Shown here in pieces: positions 49,821 to 61,451 of a stretch of 64,000 nucleotides of DNA. Location of the stretch: assembly GCA_964498335.1 (NCBI GenBank), contig CAZCGL010000001.1, forward strand, positions 166,451-230,450. The letters are read 5' to 3'. Made by a program: the position numbers and the translations under genes. The DNA is from an uncultured Enterobacteriaceae bacterium (lineage in GTDB: Bacteria; Pseudomonadota; Gammaproteobacteria; UBA6186; Azoamicaceae). The notes under the pieces are model-generated. The model was given only the letters and a program-made list of their open reading frames with translations. It was not told the DNA's origin and did no database searches. The first letter of the stretch is position 1. Every line of letters begins with the position of its first letter.

Positions 49821-51197
49821 ATGTTTAATACAAATAAAAAAATAACTTTATTAAGATTAATATTATTGACTGTTTCTGGCATAGTCAGTTTAAAAAGTTT
49901 ACCTTTATTTGCTGAAGTAGGTTTTTCTATAATATCTTTTTTATTGTTTGCTACAATTTGTTTTTTTATTCCTATTGCGATGGCTATATCTGAATTAAGT
50001 TCTACGTGGCCTTTAGCAGGCGGATGTTACTCTTGGGTTAAAAAAGCTTTCGGAGAATCGTTTGCTTTTGTTGTTATATGGTCTTATTGGATGCAAAGTA
50101 TTATATGGTTTCCGACAATGCTTATTTTTATAATAGCTATGTTAGTGCATGTTTTTTTACCGTTTTTTCCAGATTTTAAGATGAATGTATTTTTTTCTGT
50201 ATGTAGCATTATTCTAGTTTTTTGGGTTCTAACTTTTATTAATTTTTTAGGTTTGAAGGTATCTGCTGGATTTAGTGTAGTAGGAGTTGTTTTAGGTACT
50301 ATTTTTCCTATTATTCTTATTATTTCATTTGGCTTTTTTTGTTTATATTCTGGTGATTTTAATAATATAGAATTTAGTTTTAAATCTATTATTCCAGATT
50401 TTAATCTAAATAATTTAGTTTTTTTATCTGGTATATTATTAGGCATATCTGGTATAGAATTAATAGCTTTTTATGTAAATGATATTGAAAACCCAACTAT
50501 TAATTTATCTAAATCTGTTATTATATCTTCTTTTTTAATTTTGATATTGTATGCATTAGCCTCTTTGTCTGTAGCTATAATCATGCCTAAATCAGAAATT
50601 TGTTTCGCGTCTGGAGTTATTCTTGCTTTTAAAATTTTTTTAGATAAAGTTGGCCTATCCTTTTTAACGCCTTTTTTAGCTCTTTTATTATTCATAGGTT
50701 CTATAGCCTGTGTTAATACTTGGATTATAGGTCCAGCTAGAGGTTTATTAGTTGCTGCCGATGACGGTTTTTTACCAAACTTTATGACAAAAGTTAATAC
50801 TAATGGAGTACCAGTTAATCTTTTAATAGTACAAGCATTTGTTGTTAGTATTTTATCTATTTTATTTTTTTTATATATTAATACTATAAATGGGCTAGTA
50901 TGGGTTTTTGTTTGTTTATCATTTCAATTTGCTGCATTTTTATATGTAATGATTTTTGTTTCTGTTCTTAAATTAAGAAAAGTATATCCTGATACATATA
51001 GGCCGTTTAAAATGCCGTTTGTTAATTTTTTTTCATGCTTAGGAATTTTAATGTGTATTTTTACTTTTTTTTTATCGTATGTTCAACCAATTGATGTTAA
51101 TGTTACACATAAAAATTTTTATTTTTTATTGTTATTTTTTTCTTTTATAAGTCTTATACTACCATCTTATTTATTTATTCTTTTTAAAAAAAAATAA
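49821..51197 (+). CDS. APC-superfamily amino acid permease (GadC-like)
   Basis: About 12 TM. FFIP.A....EL...WP..GG.Y.WV..AFG, GIE, W..GP.RGL...A..G.LP, RPFK.P. Confidence 0.88.
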   Translation: MFNTNKKITLLRLILLTVSGIVSLKSLPLFAEVGFSIISFLLFATICFFIPIAMAISELSSTWPLAGGCYSWVKKAFGESFAFVVIWSYWMQSIIWFPTMLIFIIAMLVHVFLPFFPDFKMNVFFSVCSIILVFWVLTFINFLGLKVSAGFSVVGVVLGTIFPIILIISFGFFCLYSGDFNNIEFSFKSIIPDFNLNNLVFLSGILLGISGIELIAFYVNDIENPTINLSKSVIISSFLILILYALASLSVAIIMPKSEICFASGVILAFKIFLDKVGLSFLTPFLALLLFIGSIACVNTWIIGPARGLLVAADDGFLPNFMTKVNTNGVPVNLLIVQAFVVSILSILFFLYINTINGLVWVFVCLSFQFAAFLYVMIFVSVLKLRKVYPDTYRPFKMPFVNFFSCLGILMCIFTFFLSYVQPIDVNVTHKNFYFLLLFFSFISLILPSYLFILFKKK

Positions 51198-51203
51198 TGA
51201 TTT

Positions 51204-53669
51204 TTATTTTATAATTATTTTTATATTTTCTATGTTTTCGTAAGTAATTTTATTTTCTATTGTTAGAGTTAATTTTTCTAATTTAGTTAACTTTTCTAAT
51301 ATTTTTTTATTTTTTTCTATTAAAAGTAGATTTTTATTAGTTATATCATTTATATTCATAGATAATATTTTTTTATTTGATTTGTTTCTTAAACTACGTA
51401 TTTTACTAGAAATATTTTTAACTTTATCTAGTAATAGTATGTTATAGTTATTTTTATGTTTAATTTTTGGATATTTTTCTCTTATTAAATTATATTTTTC
51501 TTTCATAGATTTCCATATTTCTTCTGTTATATATGGAGCTAATGGATGCAATATTTTTAATAATTCTTTAAATATTATTAAGTTAGTTTTTATAGTTTCT
51601 TTTTTATATTTTTTGTTTTTTAATAATATTTTAGAACATTCTATATGCCAGCTACAAAAGTTTGACCAAAAAAAGTTATAAATATTTTCTATTAGAATAT
51701 GAAATTTTCTGTTTTTAATATTTTTCTTAATATCTATTTTTGTTTTTTGCCAGCAAAAATATATGTATTTATTATATGTAACTTTTATTTTTTTGTATGT
51801 TATATTTTTATTTTTAATTTTAATATTATTAATGAAAGTAGCTGCATTCCACAGTTTAGTGCAAAAGCTTTTATAAGTTTTAATTTTTTCTAAATCTAGT
51901 TTTATTGATATATTTTCGGTTGAAATTGAACAGAAAGTCAATCTTAATGCATCTGTTCCAAAAGCTTCTATACCTTTAGGAAATTGATTTTTTGTATAAT
52001 TTATTATTTTTTCTTTTAAATTATTATTTATTAAATTAGATGTTTGTTTTTTAATAAGCTGTTCTTTTGTTATTCCATTTATTATGTCTAATGGGTCTAA
52101 CACATTACCTTTTGTTTTAGACATTTTATTACCTAAATTATCTTTTATTAATCCGTGTATATATATTTCTTTAAAAGGCATTTTGTTTGTAAATTTTAAT
52201 CCAAACATCATCATTTTAATTGCCCAAAAAAAAATTATATCAAACCCTGTTATTAATGTGCTTGTTGGATAAAAATTTGCATATTCTATTTTATTATTTG
52301 GCCAACCTAAACTAGCAAATGGCCATAATGCTGAAGAAAACCATGTGTCTAAAACGTTTTTATCTTGAATAAGTTCGTGTTCAGATATATTATATTTTCT
52401 TCTAACATGTTTTTCTGTATAACCAACGTATTCATTGTCATTTTTATCATACCATACTGGTATTTTATGTCCCCACCATATTTGTCTGCTTATACACCAG
52501 TCTTTTATATTTTCTAACCAATTAAAAAATATTTTTTTCCATTTTATTGGTAAAATTTTTATTTTATTTTTTTTTATTTCTTTGTATACATTATCAGCTA
52601 ATGGCTTTGTTTTTATATACCATTGTTCAGTTATTATTGGTTCTATAATTGAATTACTTCTATCTGCTTTTGGTATTTTATTCTTTATTATATCTATTTT
52701 TTCTATGCAATTTAATTCTATTAATTCGTTTTTTATCTTTTTTCTTGCGTTTATACTTGTTAAATTTTGATATTCTTTAGGTACGTTTTCGTTTGTTATT
52801 CCATTTTTATTTAAAATACTTATTGTTGATAAATTATGTTTTTTTCCTATTTCAAAATCATTGAAATCATGACCAGGCGTTATTTTTAAACATCCTGAAC
52901 CATATGTCATATCAACGGAATCATCTTCTATAATAGGTATAAGTCTGTTTATTATAGGTATGTGTACATTTTTTTTTTTAATTTTTATATATCTTTTATC
53001 TTGCGGATTAATTGCTATAGCAACATCAGCAAAAATCGTTTCAGGGCGGGTAGTTGCAATTGTTATATATTCTGATTGATTTTCAATTTTATATTTTATA
53101 TAAAAAAGTTCGCTATTTATTTCTTCATGTATAACTTCTAAATCGGATATAGCTGTATTTAATTTTGTATCCCAGTTCACTAATTTATTTGTTTTATATA
53201 TTAATTTGTCTTCGTATAATCTAATAAAAGCTGTTTTTACAGCATAGGAAAAATGATTATCTAGTGTAAAACGCGATGTTTTCCAATTTAATAAACATCC
53301 GATTTTTTTTAGTTGATTTTTTATGTTTTTGTTTGATTTTTTTTTCCATTTTTTAGTGTATTTATTTTTATCTATTTTGTCGTTTTCTTTTATTTTTTGT
53401 TCTATTAATATTTGAGTTGCTATACCAGCGTGATCAGTTCCCATTTTCCATAATGTACAAAAATTATTCATTTTATAATAACGGATTAATATATCCATTA
53501 GCGTGCATTGAAATGCATGCCCCATATGTAAGTTTCCTGTTATATTTGGTGGTGGAATTGTTATACAATATTTTTTTTCTTTTTTATAATCTGGTATAAA
53601 AAAATTTTTATTTTCCCAATCTTTATACCAATTCTGTGATAAATTTTTTTCATTAAATATGTTTTTCAT
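51204..53669 (-). CDS. valS: Valine--tRNA ligase
   Basis: PPPNITGNLHMGHA, DWCISRQ.WWGH, DTWFSS, KMSKT, and the beta/gamma-type insert between DPLD and FG.DALR. Confidence 0.97.
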   Translation of the reverse strand: MKNIFNEKNLSQNWYKDWENKNFFIPDYKKEKKYCITIPPPNITGNLHMGHAFQCTLMDILIRYYKMNNFCTLWKMGTDHAGIATQILIEQKIKENDKIDKNKYTKKWKKKSNKNIKNQLKKIGCLLNWKTSRFTLDNHFSYAVKTAFIRLYEDKLIYKTNKLVNWDTKLNTAISDLEVIHEEINSELFYIKYKIENQSEYITIATTRPETIFADVAIAINPQDKRYIKIKKKNVHIPIINRLIPIIEDDSVDMTYGSGCLKITPGHDFNDFEIGKKHNLSTISILNKNGITNENVPKEYQNLTSINARKKIKNELIELNCIEKIDIIKNKIPKADRSNSIIEPIITEQWYIKTKPLADNVYKEIKKNKIKILPIKWKKIFFNWLENIKDWCISRQIWWGHKIPVWYDKNDNEYVGYTEKHVRRKYNISEHELIQDKNVLDTWFSSALWPFASLGWPNNKIEYANFYPTSTLITGFDIIFFWAIKMMMFGLKFTNKMPFKEIYIHGLIKDNLGNKMSKTKGNVLDPLDIINGITKEQLIKKQTSNLINNNLKEKIINYTKNQFPKGIEAFGTDALRLTFCSISTENISIKLDLEKIKTYKSFCTKLWNAATFINNIKIKNKNITYKKIKVTYNKYIYFCWQKTKIDIKKNIKNRKFHILIENIYNFFWSNFCSWHIECSKILLKNKKYKKETIKTNLIIFKELLKILHPLAPYITEEIWKSMKEKYNLIREKYPKIKHKNNYNILLLDKVKNISSKIRSLRNKSNKKILSMNINDITNKNLLLIEKNKKILEKLTKLEKLTLTIENKITYENIENIKIIIK

Positions 53670-54273
53670 AATTTATTTCTGTTATTATCTTTTTAAATAT
53701 ATTTTGTGTAGTATTATTTCCATTTAGTTCTATAATTATAACATTTATCTTTTTATACCAGTTTAAAATTATTGTTTTATTTTTCTTATCTTCTAAAAAT
53801 CGCTTTTTAATTATTGATATCTTATCATCTGATCTTTTTTTAAGCATTTCTCCAGTAAGATCATCTTTATTTTTTATTTTTTGTTTTTTTTGTAAAATAT
53901 TATGATTTTTATTATTCGTTGTTAGTCTATACTTTAATCTTTTAATTAAAATATTTTCATTTATATTTATATTTATAACATAATTTATTTTAATTTTTTT
54001 TTTATATAAAAAAACTGCTTGTTCTAAATTTCTAGGAAATCCATCTAATAATATATCATTTTTATCTTTTATATTTTTTTCTAATATATTCATTATTATG
54101 TCATCTTTTATTAAAATTCCATTATTGAATAGATTTTTTATCTCTTGATTTATTTGCATTTCTGTTCTTATTAATTCTCCAGTTGAAATATGTTGTAATT
54201 TAAATTCTTTTTTAATTAATTCTGCTTGAGTGCCTTTACCAGAACCTGGAGCACCCATTAATATTATTTTCAT
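53653..54273 (-). CDS. adk: Adenylate kinase
   Basis: GAPGSGKGTQA, HISTG, LLDGFPRN..QA, Cys-free LID with DD.TGE.L..R.DD. Confidence 0.95.
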   Translation of the reverse strand: MKIILMGAPGSGKGTQAELIKKEFKLQHISTGELIRTEMQINQEIKNLFNNGILIKDDIIMNILEKNIKDKNDILLDGFPRNLEQAVFLYKKKIKINYVINININENILIKRLKYRLTTNNKNHNILQKKQKIKNKDDLTGEMLKKRSDDKISIIKKRFLEDKKNKTIILNWYKKINVIIIELNGNNTTQNIFKKIITEINYEKHI

Positions 54274-54346
54274 TATTTATCTTATTTTTTTTATAAAAAA
54301 ATAAACATTTATTTTTAATGTTTCTTATTATTATTAATATAATTAA

Positions 54347-54375
54347 TTGACAGATAGTTTATATTTTTATAATAT
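54347..54375 (+). promoter_or_regulatory. Candidate sigma70 promoter of the str-S10-spc transcript
   Basis: TTGACA at 54347-54352 with TATAAT (15-nt spacer) or TAATAT (17-nt spacer) upstream of rpsL. Confidence 0.6.
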
Positions 54376-54409
54376 TTAAATTCATATTATGTTATTTAAA
54401 TATATACAA

Positions 54410-54790
54410 ATGACTACTATAAATCAATTAGTAAATAATAATAGAATAAAAGTTAAAAAAAAGAATAAAGTTGTAGCTCTAGAAGGAAATCCTCAAAGAA
54501 GAGGAGTTTGTCTTAGAGTTTATACTGTTAAACCTAAAAAACCTAACTCAGCTTTAAGAAAAGTGTGTCGTGTTAAGTTAACTGGAGGAAATGAAATTAC
54601 TGCATATATTCAAGGTGTTGGGCATAGTTTACAAGAACATTCCGTTGTGCTTATAAGAGGTGGTAGAGTTAAAGATTTACCTGGAGTTAGATATAAAGTT
54701 GTAAGAGGTGCGTTAGATGCTACAGGTGTTATTGGTAGAAAAAAATCTAGATCTAAATACGGAACTAAATCTTCAGATAAAAAGAAATAA
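54410..54790 (+). CDS. rpsL: 30S ribosomal protein S12
   Basis: [37 protein letters not shown]. Confidence 0.98.
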   Translation: MTTINQLVNNNRIKVKKKNKVVALEGNPQRRGVCLRVYTVKPKKPNSALRKVCRVKLTGGNEITAYIQGVGHSLQEHSVVLIRGGRVKDLPGVRYKVVRGALDATGVIGRKKSRSKYGTKSSDKKK

Positions 54791-54802
54791 GGAATAATTG
54801 AA

Positions 54803-55300
54803 ATGGCTAGAAAAAAAATTAAAAGTAATATTAAAATTAAACCAGATTTTATTTTTAGTAGTTTATTATTATCTAAATTTATAAATTATGTTATGGTATC
54901 TGGGAAAAAATCTTTAGCTGAAAGAATTGTTTATAGTGCTTTAGATATAGTAAAAGATAAAACTAAAATGGATTCAATGGTTGTTTTTGAAAAAGCGTTA
55001 GAACATATAAAACCTATAGTTGAAGTTAGATCAAGAAGAGTTGGTGGTGCAACTTATCAAGTTCCCGTTGAAGTAAAGCCTAAAAGAGCTGTTACTTTAG
55101 CTATGCGTTGGCTAGTAGAATTTGCTAGAAAACGTAGTGAAAAAAATATGATATTGAAATTAGCTTTCGAAATAATAGAAGCAGCTGATGAGAGTCATTC
55201 AATCGGTAATAGTATAGGCAGGGGTGGAGCTATAAAAAAACGTGAAGATACACATCGTATGGCTGAAGCTAATAGAGCTTTTGCTCATTATAGATGGTAG
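54803..55300 (+). CDS. rpsG: 30S ribosomal protein S7
   Basis: [35 protein letters not shown]. Confidence 0.98.
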   Translation: MARKKIKSNIKIKPDFIFSSLLLSKFINYVMVSGKKSLAERIVYSALDIVKDKTKMDSMVVFEKALEHIKPIVEVRSRRVGGATYQVPVEVKPKRAVTLAMRWLVEFARKRSEKNMILKLAFEIIEAADESHSIGNSIGRGGAIKKREDTHRMAEANRAFAHYRW

Positions 55301-55321
55301 TTTTTTTTGTAAGGAGATTAT

Positions 55322-57388
55322 GTGATAGGTTTAGATAAGTATAGAAATATAGGAATTATAGCTCATATTGATGCTGGTAAAACGACACTTACAGAAAGAA
55401 TTTTATATTATACAGGAGTTTCGCATAAAATGGGCGAAGTTCATGATGGTTCTGCTGTTATGGATTGGATGGAACAAGAACAAGAGCGAGGTATAACAAT
55501 TACAGCAGCAGCAACTACTTGTTTTTGGACGGGTGGTTTTGCGAAGGATAAATTTAGAATTAATATTATAGATACTCCAGGTCATGTAGATTTTACTATA
55601 GAAGTTGAAAGATCTTTAAGAGTATTAGATGGTGCTATTGGAGTTTTTTGTGCTGTTGGCGGTGTAGAATCACAATCTGAAACTGTTTGGAGGCAAGCTA
55701 ATAAATATAATGTTCCTAGAATAGCTTTTGTAAATAAAATGGATCGACCTGGAGCTGATTTTTTTTCTGTTTTAAATCAAATGAAAGTTAAATTAAAAGC
55801 AAATGTTGTACCGATTCAGTTACCTTATTTTATTGAAGAAAATTTTGTTGGAGTAATTGATTTAGTTTATAAAAGATTGGTTTTATGGGATGATGAAAAT
55901 TTAGGCGCTACATTTGTTTATAAAGACATTCCTCAAGATTTTTTTGATCAATATATAAAGTATAGAAATGTTATTTTAGAGCATATAGCTGAATTATCAG
56001 ATGATTTAATGGAAATTTATTTAGAAAAATATGATTTTTCTACTGACGTTATTATATCTTCTCTTAGACAGCTTGTTATTAAGAATAATGTAACATTAGT
56101 TTTATGTGGTTCTGCTTTCAAAAATAAAGGAGTTCAATTATTATTAGATGCTGTTGTAGATTATTTACCATCACCTAATGATGTTACTTTTGGAAAAGTA
56201 ATACCAATTACAAATAATAATGATTTAGATAAATTGGGTTTTTTATCTTTAGCATTTAAGATTGTAACTGATCCTTTTGTTGGCACATTAACATATTTAA
56301 GAGTATATTCAGGAACTTTTGATGCAGGAAATTTTGCTTATAATAGTTTGAAAGATAAAAAAGAAAGATTTAGTAGAATTCTATTAATGCATGCTAATTC
56401 TAGAGAAGAAATTAAATCAATACGTTCAGGCGATATAGTAGCTATAGTTGGATTAAAGTATACCACAACAGGTGATACTTTGTGTTCTATGGATTCTAAT
56501 GTTGTTTTAGAGCAAATGGTTTTTCCTGAAGCTGTTATATCTGTGGCTGTTGAACCAAAAACTAAAAATGATCAAGAAAAAATGGGAATAGCTCTTAGAA
56601 AGTTATCACAAGAGGATCCATCTTTAAAAGTTAGTGTTGATCCTGAATCATCACAAACAATTATTTCAGGCATGGGAGAGTTACATCTTGATATTATTGT
56701 TGATAGGATGCGAAGAGAATTCAACGTAGAAGCAACTGTTGGAAAACCGCAAGTTGCATATAGAGAAACAATAATTAATTGCGTTGAACAAGAAGGAAAA
56801 TATATAAGGCAGTCAGGTGGTAGAGGACAATACGGACATGTTGTTTTAAAAATAGAACCATTGAGTGTTGGTGATGGTGTTATTTTTGAAAGTAAAATTT
56901 TTGCCGGATCTGTCCCCAAAGAGTATATTCCTGCTGTTAAAAAAGGAGTTTTAGAACAAAGTCAGCTTGGAGTTTTAGCTGGATATCCTATTGTTGATGT
57001 AAAAGTTACATTATTAGATGGTTCTTATCATGAAGTTGATTCGAGTGAATTAGCTTTTAAAAATGCAGCAGCAAGAGCTTTTAAAGCAGGTGTTTTAAAA
57101 GCTAATTTAATTTTATTAGAACCAATTATGTTGGTTTGTGTTATAACTCCTGATGAATATTTAGGTGATATTATTGGTGATTTAAATAAGAGACGTGGTA
57201 TTATACATAATATAGGTGATGTAGTTTCTGCTAAAGATATTAGAGCAAAGGTGCCTTTATCTGAAATGTTTGGATATTCTACTGTTATAAGATCTATAAC
57301 TCAAGGTAGAGCTACATATACTATGGAGTTTTCTTCTTATATTCCTGTGCCAGATTTTATTGCTAAAAATATATTAAGTAGTAATTAA
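55322..57388 (+). CDS. fusA: Elongation factor G
   Basis: [49 protein letters not shown] start after AAGGAG. Confidence 0.98.
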   Translation: MIGLDKYRNIGIIAHIDAGKTTLTERILYYTGVSHKMGEVHDGSAVMDWMEQEQERGITITAAATTCFWTGGFAKDKFRINIIDTPGHVDFTIEVERSLRVLDGAIGVFCAVGGVESQSETVWRQANKYNVPRIAFVNKMDRPGADFFSVLNQMKVKLKANVVPIQLPYFIEENFVGVIDLVYKRLVLWDDENLGATFVYKDIPQDFFDQYIKYRNVILEHIAELSDDLMEIYLEKYDFSTDVIISSLRQLVIKNNVTLVLCGSAFKNKGVQLLLDAVVDYLPSPNDVTFGKVIPITNNNDLDKLGFLSLAFKIVTDPFVGTLTYLRVYSGTFDAGNFAYNSLKDKKERFSRILLMHANSREEIKSIRSGDIVAIVGLKYTTTGDTLCSMDSNVVLEQMVFPEAVISVAVEPKTKNDQEKMGIALRKLSQEDPSLKVSVDPESSQTIISGMGELHLDIIVDRMRREFNVEATVGKPQVAYRETIINCVEQEGKYIRQSGGRGQYGHVVLKIEPLSVGDGVIFESKIFAGSVPKEYIPAVKKGVLEQSQLGVLAGYPIVDVKVTLLDGSYHEVDSSELAFKNAAARAFKAGVLKANLILLEPIMLVCVITPDEYLGDIIGDLNKRRGIIHNIGDVVSAKDIRAKVPLSEMFGYSTVIRSITQGRATYTMEFSSYIPVPDFIAKNILSSN

Positions 57389-57407
57389 AAAAAATTGAGA
57401 AATTTAG

Positions 57408-57725
57408 ATGACAAATCGTAATCAAATTATTAAAATAAAATTGAAATCATATGATCATAAAGTTATAGATCAGTCTACTAAAGAAATAGTTGATACTGCA
57501 AAGAAAACTGGAGCTATTATTAATGGTCCAATTCCGTTACCGTCTTATGTTGAGCGTTTTACTATATTAGTGTCTCCGCATGTTGATAAGAAAGCAAGAG
57601 ATCAATATGAAATACGTACGCATAAAAGACTTATTGTAATAGTAGAACCTACAGATAAAACAGTTAATGCTTTGATGAAATTAGATTTATCAGCTGGAGT
57701 AGATATAAAGATTTCTGTTAATTGA
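57408..57725 (+). CDS. rpsJ: 30S ribosomal protein S10
   Basis: [23 protein letters not shown]. Confidence 0.98.
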   Translation: MTNRNQIIKIKLKSYDHKVIDQSTKEIVDTAKKTGAIINGPIPLPSYVERFTILVSPHVDKKARDQYEIRTHKRLIVIVEPTDKTVNALMKLDLSAGVDIKISVN

Positions 57726-57733
57726 GGTTTTTT

Positions 57734-58363
57734 ATGAGTATTGTTTTGATTGGTTATAAATGTGGTATGACTAGTTTTTTTTCTAGTGATGGCAATATTA
57801 GTCCAGTTACAGTTGTTAAGGTTTACTCAAATTATATAGTTGATATTAAGCCTTTAAATGCGGATATATCTGTAGTTAAAATAGCAGCGTGTCCAGTTCT
57901 TAAGAAGAAAGCTTCTAGACCTATTATTGGTTTTTATAATAAAATTGGGCTTGATTGTTTTAAATATATGTTAGAATTTAATATCAAATCTGAAAAAATA
58001 AACACATTTAAAATTGGTGATATTTTACCATTATCTTATTTAAATGTATTAGATCAGATTGATGTCATAGGTTTATCCAAAGGTAGAGGTTTTGCTGGAT
58101 CTATAAAAAGACATAATTTCAAATCGCAACCGTTATCACATGGTAATTCTTTATCTCATAGAGCTCCTGGTTCTATAGGGCAATGCCAAACGCCTGGTAG
58201 AGTTTTTAAAGGTAAAAAAATGCCTGGAAGAATGGGAAATGTTAGAGTTACGTCTAAAAATATAAGTATACTTGATGTTTATAATGATTTAAGTATTGTT
58301 TTACTAAAAGGTTCTATTCCTGGTTTTAATGGAAATAGAGTTTTTTTGAGAAAAGATTTTTAA
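57734..58363 (+). CDS. rplC: 50S ribosomal protein L3
   Basis: G.K.GMT, SKGRGFAG.IKRHNF, HRAPGSIGQCQTPGRVFKGKKM.G. Confidence 0.97.
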   Translation: MSIVLIGYKCGMTSFFSSDGNISPVTVVKVYSNYIVDIKPLNADISVVKIAACPVLKKKASRPIIGFYNKIGLDCFKYMLEFNIKSEKINTFKIGDILPLSYLNVLDQIDVIGLSKGRGFAGSIKRHNFKSQPLSHGNSLSHRAPGSIGQCQTPGRVFKGKKMPGRMGNVRVTSKNISILDVYNDLSIVLLKGSIPGFNGNRVFLRKDF

Positions 58364-58380
58364 TTTTTTTTTGGTGAATT

Positions 58381-59013
58381 ATGGAAGTTTTGGTTTTAAA
58401 AAGTGATGGCAGTAATTATTCAATTTCTCTATCTCAAAGTGTTTTTGACGTTAAATATAATGAGTTATTTTTACATCAATTTATTACATCCTATATAAGT
58501 AACTCTCATACAGGACAAAAATCGCAAAAATCTAGAGGTGAAGTAAGCGGTGGTGGCAAAAAGCCTTGGCGCCAAAAAGGTAGCGGCAGGGCTAGATCTG
58601 GTAGTATTAGAAGTCCTTTATGGAGAGGCGGTGGTAAAGTTTTTGCGTATAATTCCGATATAAATCGTAAAAAGAAAATTAATAAACGTTTATATAGTTT
58701 TTGCATGAGAATGTTATTTTCTCAATTATTTCGCGAAGATAGGATTTTTATTTTTGAAAAATTTGATTTGAATAGTATTAGCACTAAATTATTTTTAAAA
58801 AATATTTTATATTTGAATACTAAAGGTAACAGATTATTTATTTTTGATGATTTATATAAAAATATTATTTTATCGTCTAGAAATTTAAAGGATATTTTAG
58901 TTTTATCTTGCAGAGCAATAAATCCTTTAATGTTAATGAAGTTTAGTAATTTTTTTATTACTGTTGAAGCTATAAAATTTTTTGAAGAGATATTTGATGA
59001 AAAAAATAAGTAA
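58381..59013 (+). CDS. rplD: 50S ribosomal protein L4
   Basis: [32 protein letters not shown]. Confidence 0.97.
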   Translation: MEVLVLKSDGSNYSISLSQSVFDVKYNELFLHQFITSYISNSHTGQKSQKSRGEVSGGGKKPWRQKGSGRARSGSIRSPLWRGGGKVFAYNSDINRKKKINKRLYSFCMRMLFSQLFREDRIFIFEKFDLNSISTKLFLKNILYLNTKGNRLFIFDDLYKNIILSSRNLKDILVLSCRAINPLMLMKFSNFFITVEAIKFFEEIFDEKNK

Positions 59014-59296
59014 GTTTTATAATACTTTGTTGTCTCAACATTACACTGAAAAAGCAAATTTTTTATTAAATAATTTAAATTGTTATACTTTTATTGTTGC
59101 TAAAGATTCTAATAAGAGTGACATTAAGAATGTTGTAGAAAAATTATTTAATGTAAATGTTGCTTTTGTTAGAATTGTTGTTGTGAAAGGTAAGAGTGTT
59201 AAATTTAAAAATTATTTTGGCAAGAAAAGTGATTTTAAAAAAGCTTTTGTTTATTTGAATAAAGGTAATACTATAAATTTTGCAGAGTTTAAGTAA
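58997..59296 (+). CDS. rplW: 50S ribosomal protein L23
   Basis: TEKA, F.V...S.K..IK..VE.LF.V.V, KKA.V.L. Confidence 0.95.
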   Translation: MKKISKFYNTLLSQHYTEKANFLLNNLNCYTFIVAKDSNKSDIKNVVEKLFNVNVAFVRIVVVKGKSVKFKNYFGKKSDFKKAFVYLNKGNTINFAEFK

Positions 59297-59298
59297 AT

Positions 59299-60126
59299 AT
59301 GATAATTTTAAAAAGATATAAACCTACGTCTCCTGGAATACGAGGATTGATAAGTTTAAAAAATTCTAATTTATATAATGGACGTCCTTATAAAAAATTA
59401 ACTAAATTTAACTCGTGTTCTTCAGGAAGAAATAATTATGGTAGAATAACTGTTTGGGGCCGCGGGGGTGGACACAAAAGAATGCTTAGACTAATAGATT
59501 GGACACGCGATAAATATGATATTTTGGCTAAAGTTGAGCGTATTGAATATGATCCTAATAGAAATCCGTATATAGCATTATTACTTTATGAAGATGGCGA
59601 AAGAAGATATATTTTATCTACGTCTAATATGAAAGTTGGTGATTTTGTTATTTCTGGAGATTTTGTTCCGATAAAAGATGGAAATAGTTTACCATTAAAA
59701 AATATACCTTTGGGTACTAATGTTCATTGTATTGAACTTTATCCTAAAAGTGGAGCAAAATTAGTTAGAAGTGCTGGTTGTTATGCTCAACTTTTAGCTA
59801 AAGATATTAATTATGCTACACTTAGATTGCGTTCTGGTGAGATTAGAAAAGTTCCTTTAAATTGTTTTGCTTCTATTGGAATCTTATCTAAAAGTGAACA
59901 TAATCTTCAGAAATTAGGTAAAGCCGGTAGAAGTAGATGGAAAAATATTAGGCCTAATGTTAGAGGTGTTGCTATGAATCCTGTTGATCATCCATTAGGC
60001 GGTGGTGAAGGTAGAACTTCTGGTGGTAGACCTGCTTGTAGTCCGTGGGGAATACCAGAAGGTAAAATTACTAGAAAAATAAAAAAACGTGGATATAAAT
60101 TAATTTTAAAGCGTAGAAAAAAATGA
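59299..60126 (+). CDS. rplB: 50S ribosomal protein L2
   Basis: GRNN.GRIT, IEYDPNR, RGVAMNPVDHP.GGGEG. Confidence 0.98.
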   Translation: MIILKRYKPTSPGIRGLISLKNSNLYNGRPYKKLTKFNSCSSGRNNYGRITVWGRGGGHKRMLRLIDWTRDKYDILAKVERIEYDPNRNPYIALLLYEDGERRYILSTSNMKVGDFVISGDFVPIKDGNSLPLKNIPLGTNVHCIELYPKSGAKLVRSAGCYAQLLAKDINYATLRLRSGEIRKVPLNCFASIGILSKSEHNLQKLGKAGRSRWKNIRPNVRGVAMNPVDHPLGGGEGRTSGGRPACSPWGIPEGKITRKIKKRGYKLILKRRKK

Positions 60127-60158
60127 TTTTTTTATTTATTTTAAATTGAGAGGTTTTT

Positions 60159-60464
60159 GTGACACGATCTTTAAAAAAGGGACCTTTTGTTGATTATCAT
60201 TTATTAAAAAAAGTACGATCTGCTGATCTTTTAAATAAACGTATTATTAAAACTTGGTCAAGACGTTCTATGATTATTCCAGAGATGATTGGATTTACTT
60301 TTGCTGTTCATAATGGTAAAAATTTTATACCGGTTTTTGTTACTGAGAATATGGTTGGTCATAAATTGGGAGAATTTTCTCCAACTCGTGTGTTTAAAGG
60401 ACATTCTGGTGATAAAAATTCTAAAAATGTAAAAGGTTCTAAAAATGTTGGAAGGAAGAATTAA
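60159..60464 (+). CDS. rpsS: 30S ribosomal protein S19
   Basis: [32 protein letters not shown] start. Confidence 0.98.
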   Translation: MTRSLKKGPFVDYHLLKKVRSADLLNKRIIKTWSRRSMIIPEMIGFTFAVHNGKNFIPVFVTENMVGHKLGEFSPTRVFKGHSGDKNSKNVKGSKNVGRKN

Positions 60465-60796
60465 TGATTATATGTGCTAGTGCTAAAAATATTAGGATTT
60501 CTGGTCAAAAAGTTGAGCCAGTTTTAAAAGTTATAAGAAATATGCATGTTGAAAAAGCTGTTGACATTTTAACTTTTAGTGGTAAAAAATCAGCATTTTT
60601 GATTATGAAAGTGCTTAAGTCTGTTATTTCTAATGCTGAACATAATAACGGTATAGATATAGATAATTTATTTATATATCGCACGTATGTTACTAATGGT
60701 TCTAGTTTAAAAAGATTTACTGTTAGAGCTAAAGGTAGATCTAATCGTATTTTTAAAAGAAGTTGTCATATCTATATAGAATTGAAGGAGAAATAA
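60464..60796 (+). CDS. rplV: 50S ribosomal protein L22
   Basis: RIS.QK, S.ISNAEHN, RAKGR..RI.KR..HI. Confidence 0.97.
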   Translation: MIICASAKNIRISGQKVEPVLKVIRNMHVEKAVDILTFSGKKSAFLIMKVLKSVISNAEHNNGIDIDNLFIYRTYVTNGSSLKRFTVRAKGRSNRIFKRSCHIYIELKEK

Positions 60797-60800
60797 TAAT

Positions 60801-61442
60801 ATGGGTCAGAAAGTAAATCCTATTGGTATTAGATTAGGTTATTCTAAAAAAAGTAATTCTTTTTGGTATCCTGATGGTGACACATTTGCTAATACTTTAA
60901 AAAATGATCTTGAAATTAGAGAGTTTATTTTAAATAATTTACCAAAATCGTCATCTATAAGTAAGATTTTTATTGAAAGAATTAGTCAAAATGTTAAAAT
61001 TTCTATTAACACAGCTAAGCCTGGTATAGTAATAGGTAAGAAAGGTGAAGATATAGAAAAACTAAGAACAAAATTAAGTAGTCTTTATAATATTTCTGTT
61101 ACTATAAATGTTGAAGAAATAAAAAAACCTGATTTAGATGCTTATTTAGTTGCAGAAAGTATAAGTTCTCAATTAAAACGTAGAGTTATGTTTAGACGAG
61201 CTATGAAGAGAGCTGTTGTAAATGCTATACGTCAGGGTGCTAAGGGTGTTAAGGTTTCTATTTCTGGTCGTTTAGGTGGAGCTGATATAGCTAGACGTGA
61301 ATGGTATAGAGAAGGTAGAGTCCCGTTACATACATTTAAAGCAGATATAGATTATGGTTTTGCTGAAGCTAAAACTACTTACGGTGTTATAGGTGTGAAA
61401 GTTTGGATTTATAAAGGCGATTTTAACGTTGATAATAGTTAG
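60801..61442 (+). CDS. rpsC: 30S ribosomal protein S3
   Basis: [36 protein letters not shown]. Confidence 0.98.
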   Translation: MGQKVNPIGIRLGYSKKSNSFWYPDGDTFANTLKNDLEIREFILNNLPKSSSISKIFIERISQNVKISINTAKPGIVIGKKGEDIEKLRTKLSSLYNISVTINVEEIKKPDLDAYLVAESISSQLKRRVMFRRAMKRAVVNAIRQGAKGVKVSISGRLGGADIARREWYREGRVPLHTFKADIDYGFAEAKTTYGVIGVKVWIYKGDFNVDNS

Positions 61443-61451
61443 GATTTTTTT

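Noticed and set aside
54520-54550. Streptomycin-resistance change in S12 ([11 protein letters not shown])
   Set aside because: The PKKPNS lysines and RVKDLPG are intact. The TT-to-VK change is upstream and fits AT drift.
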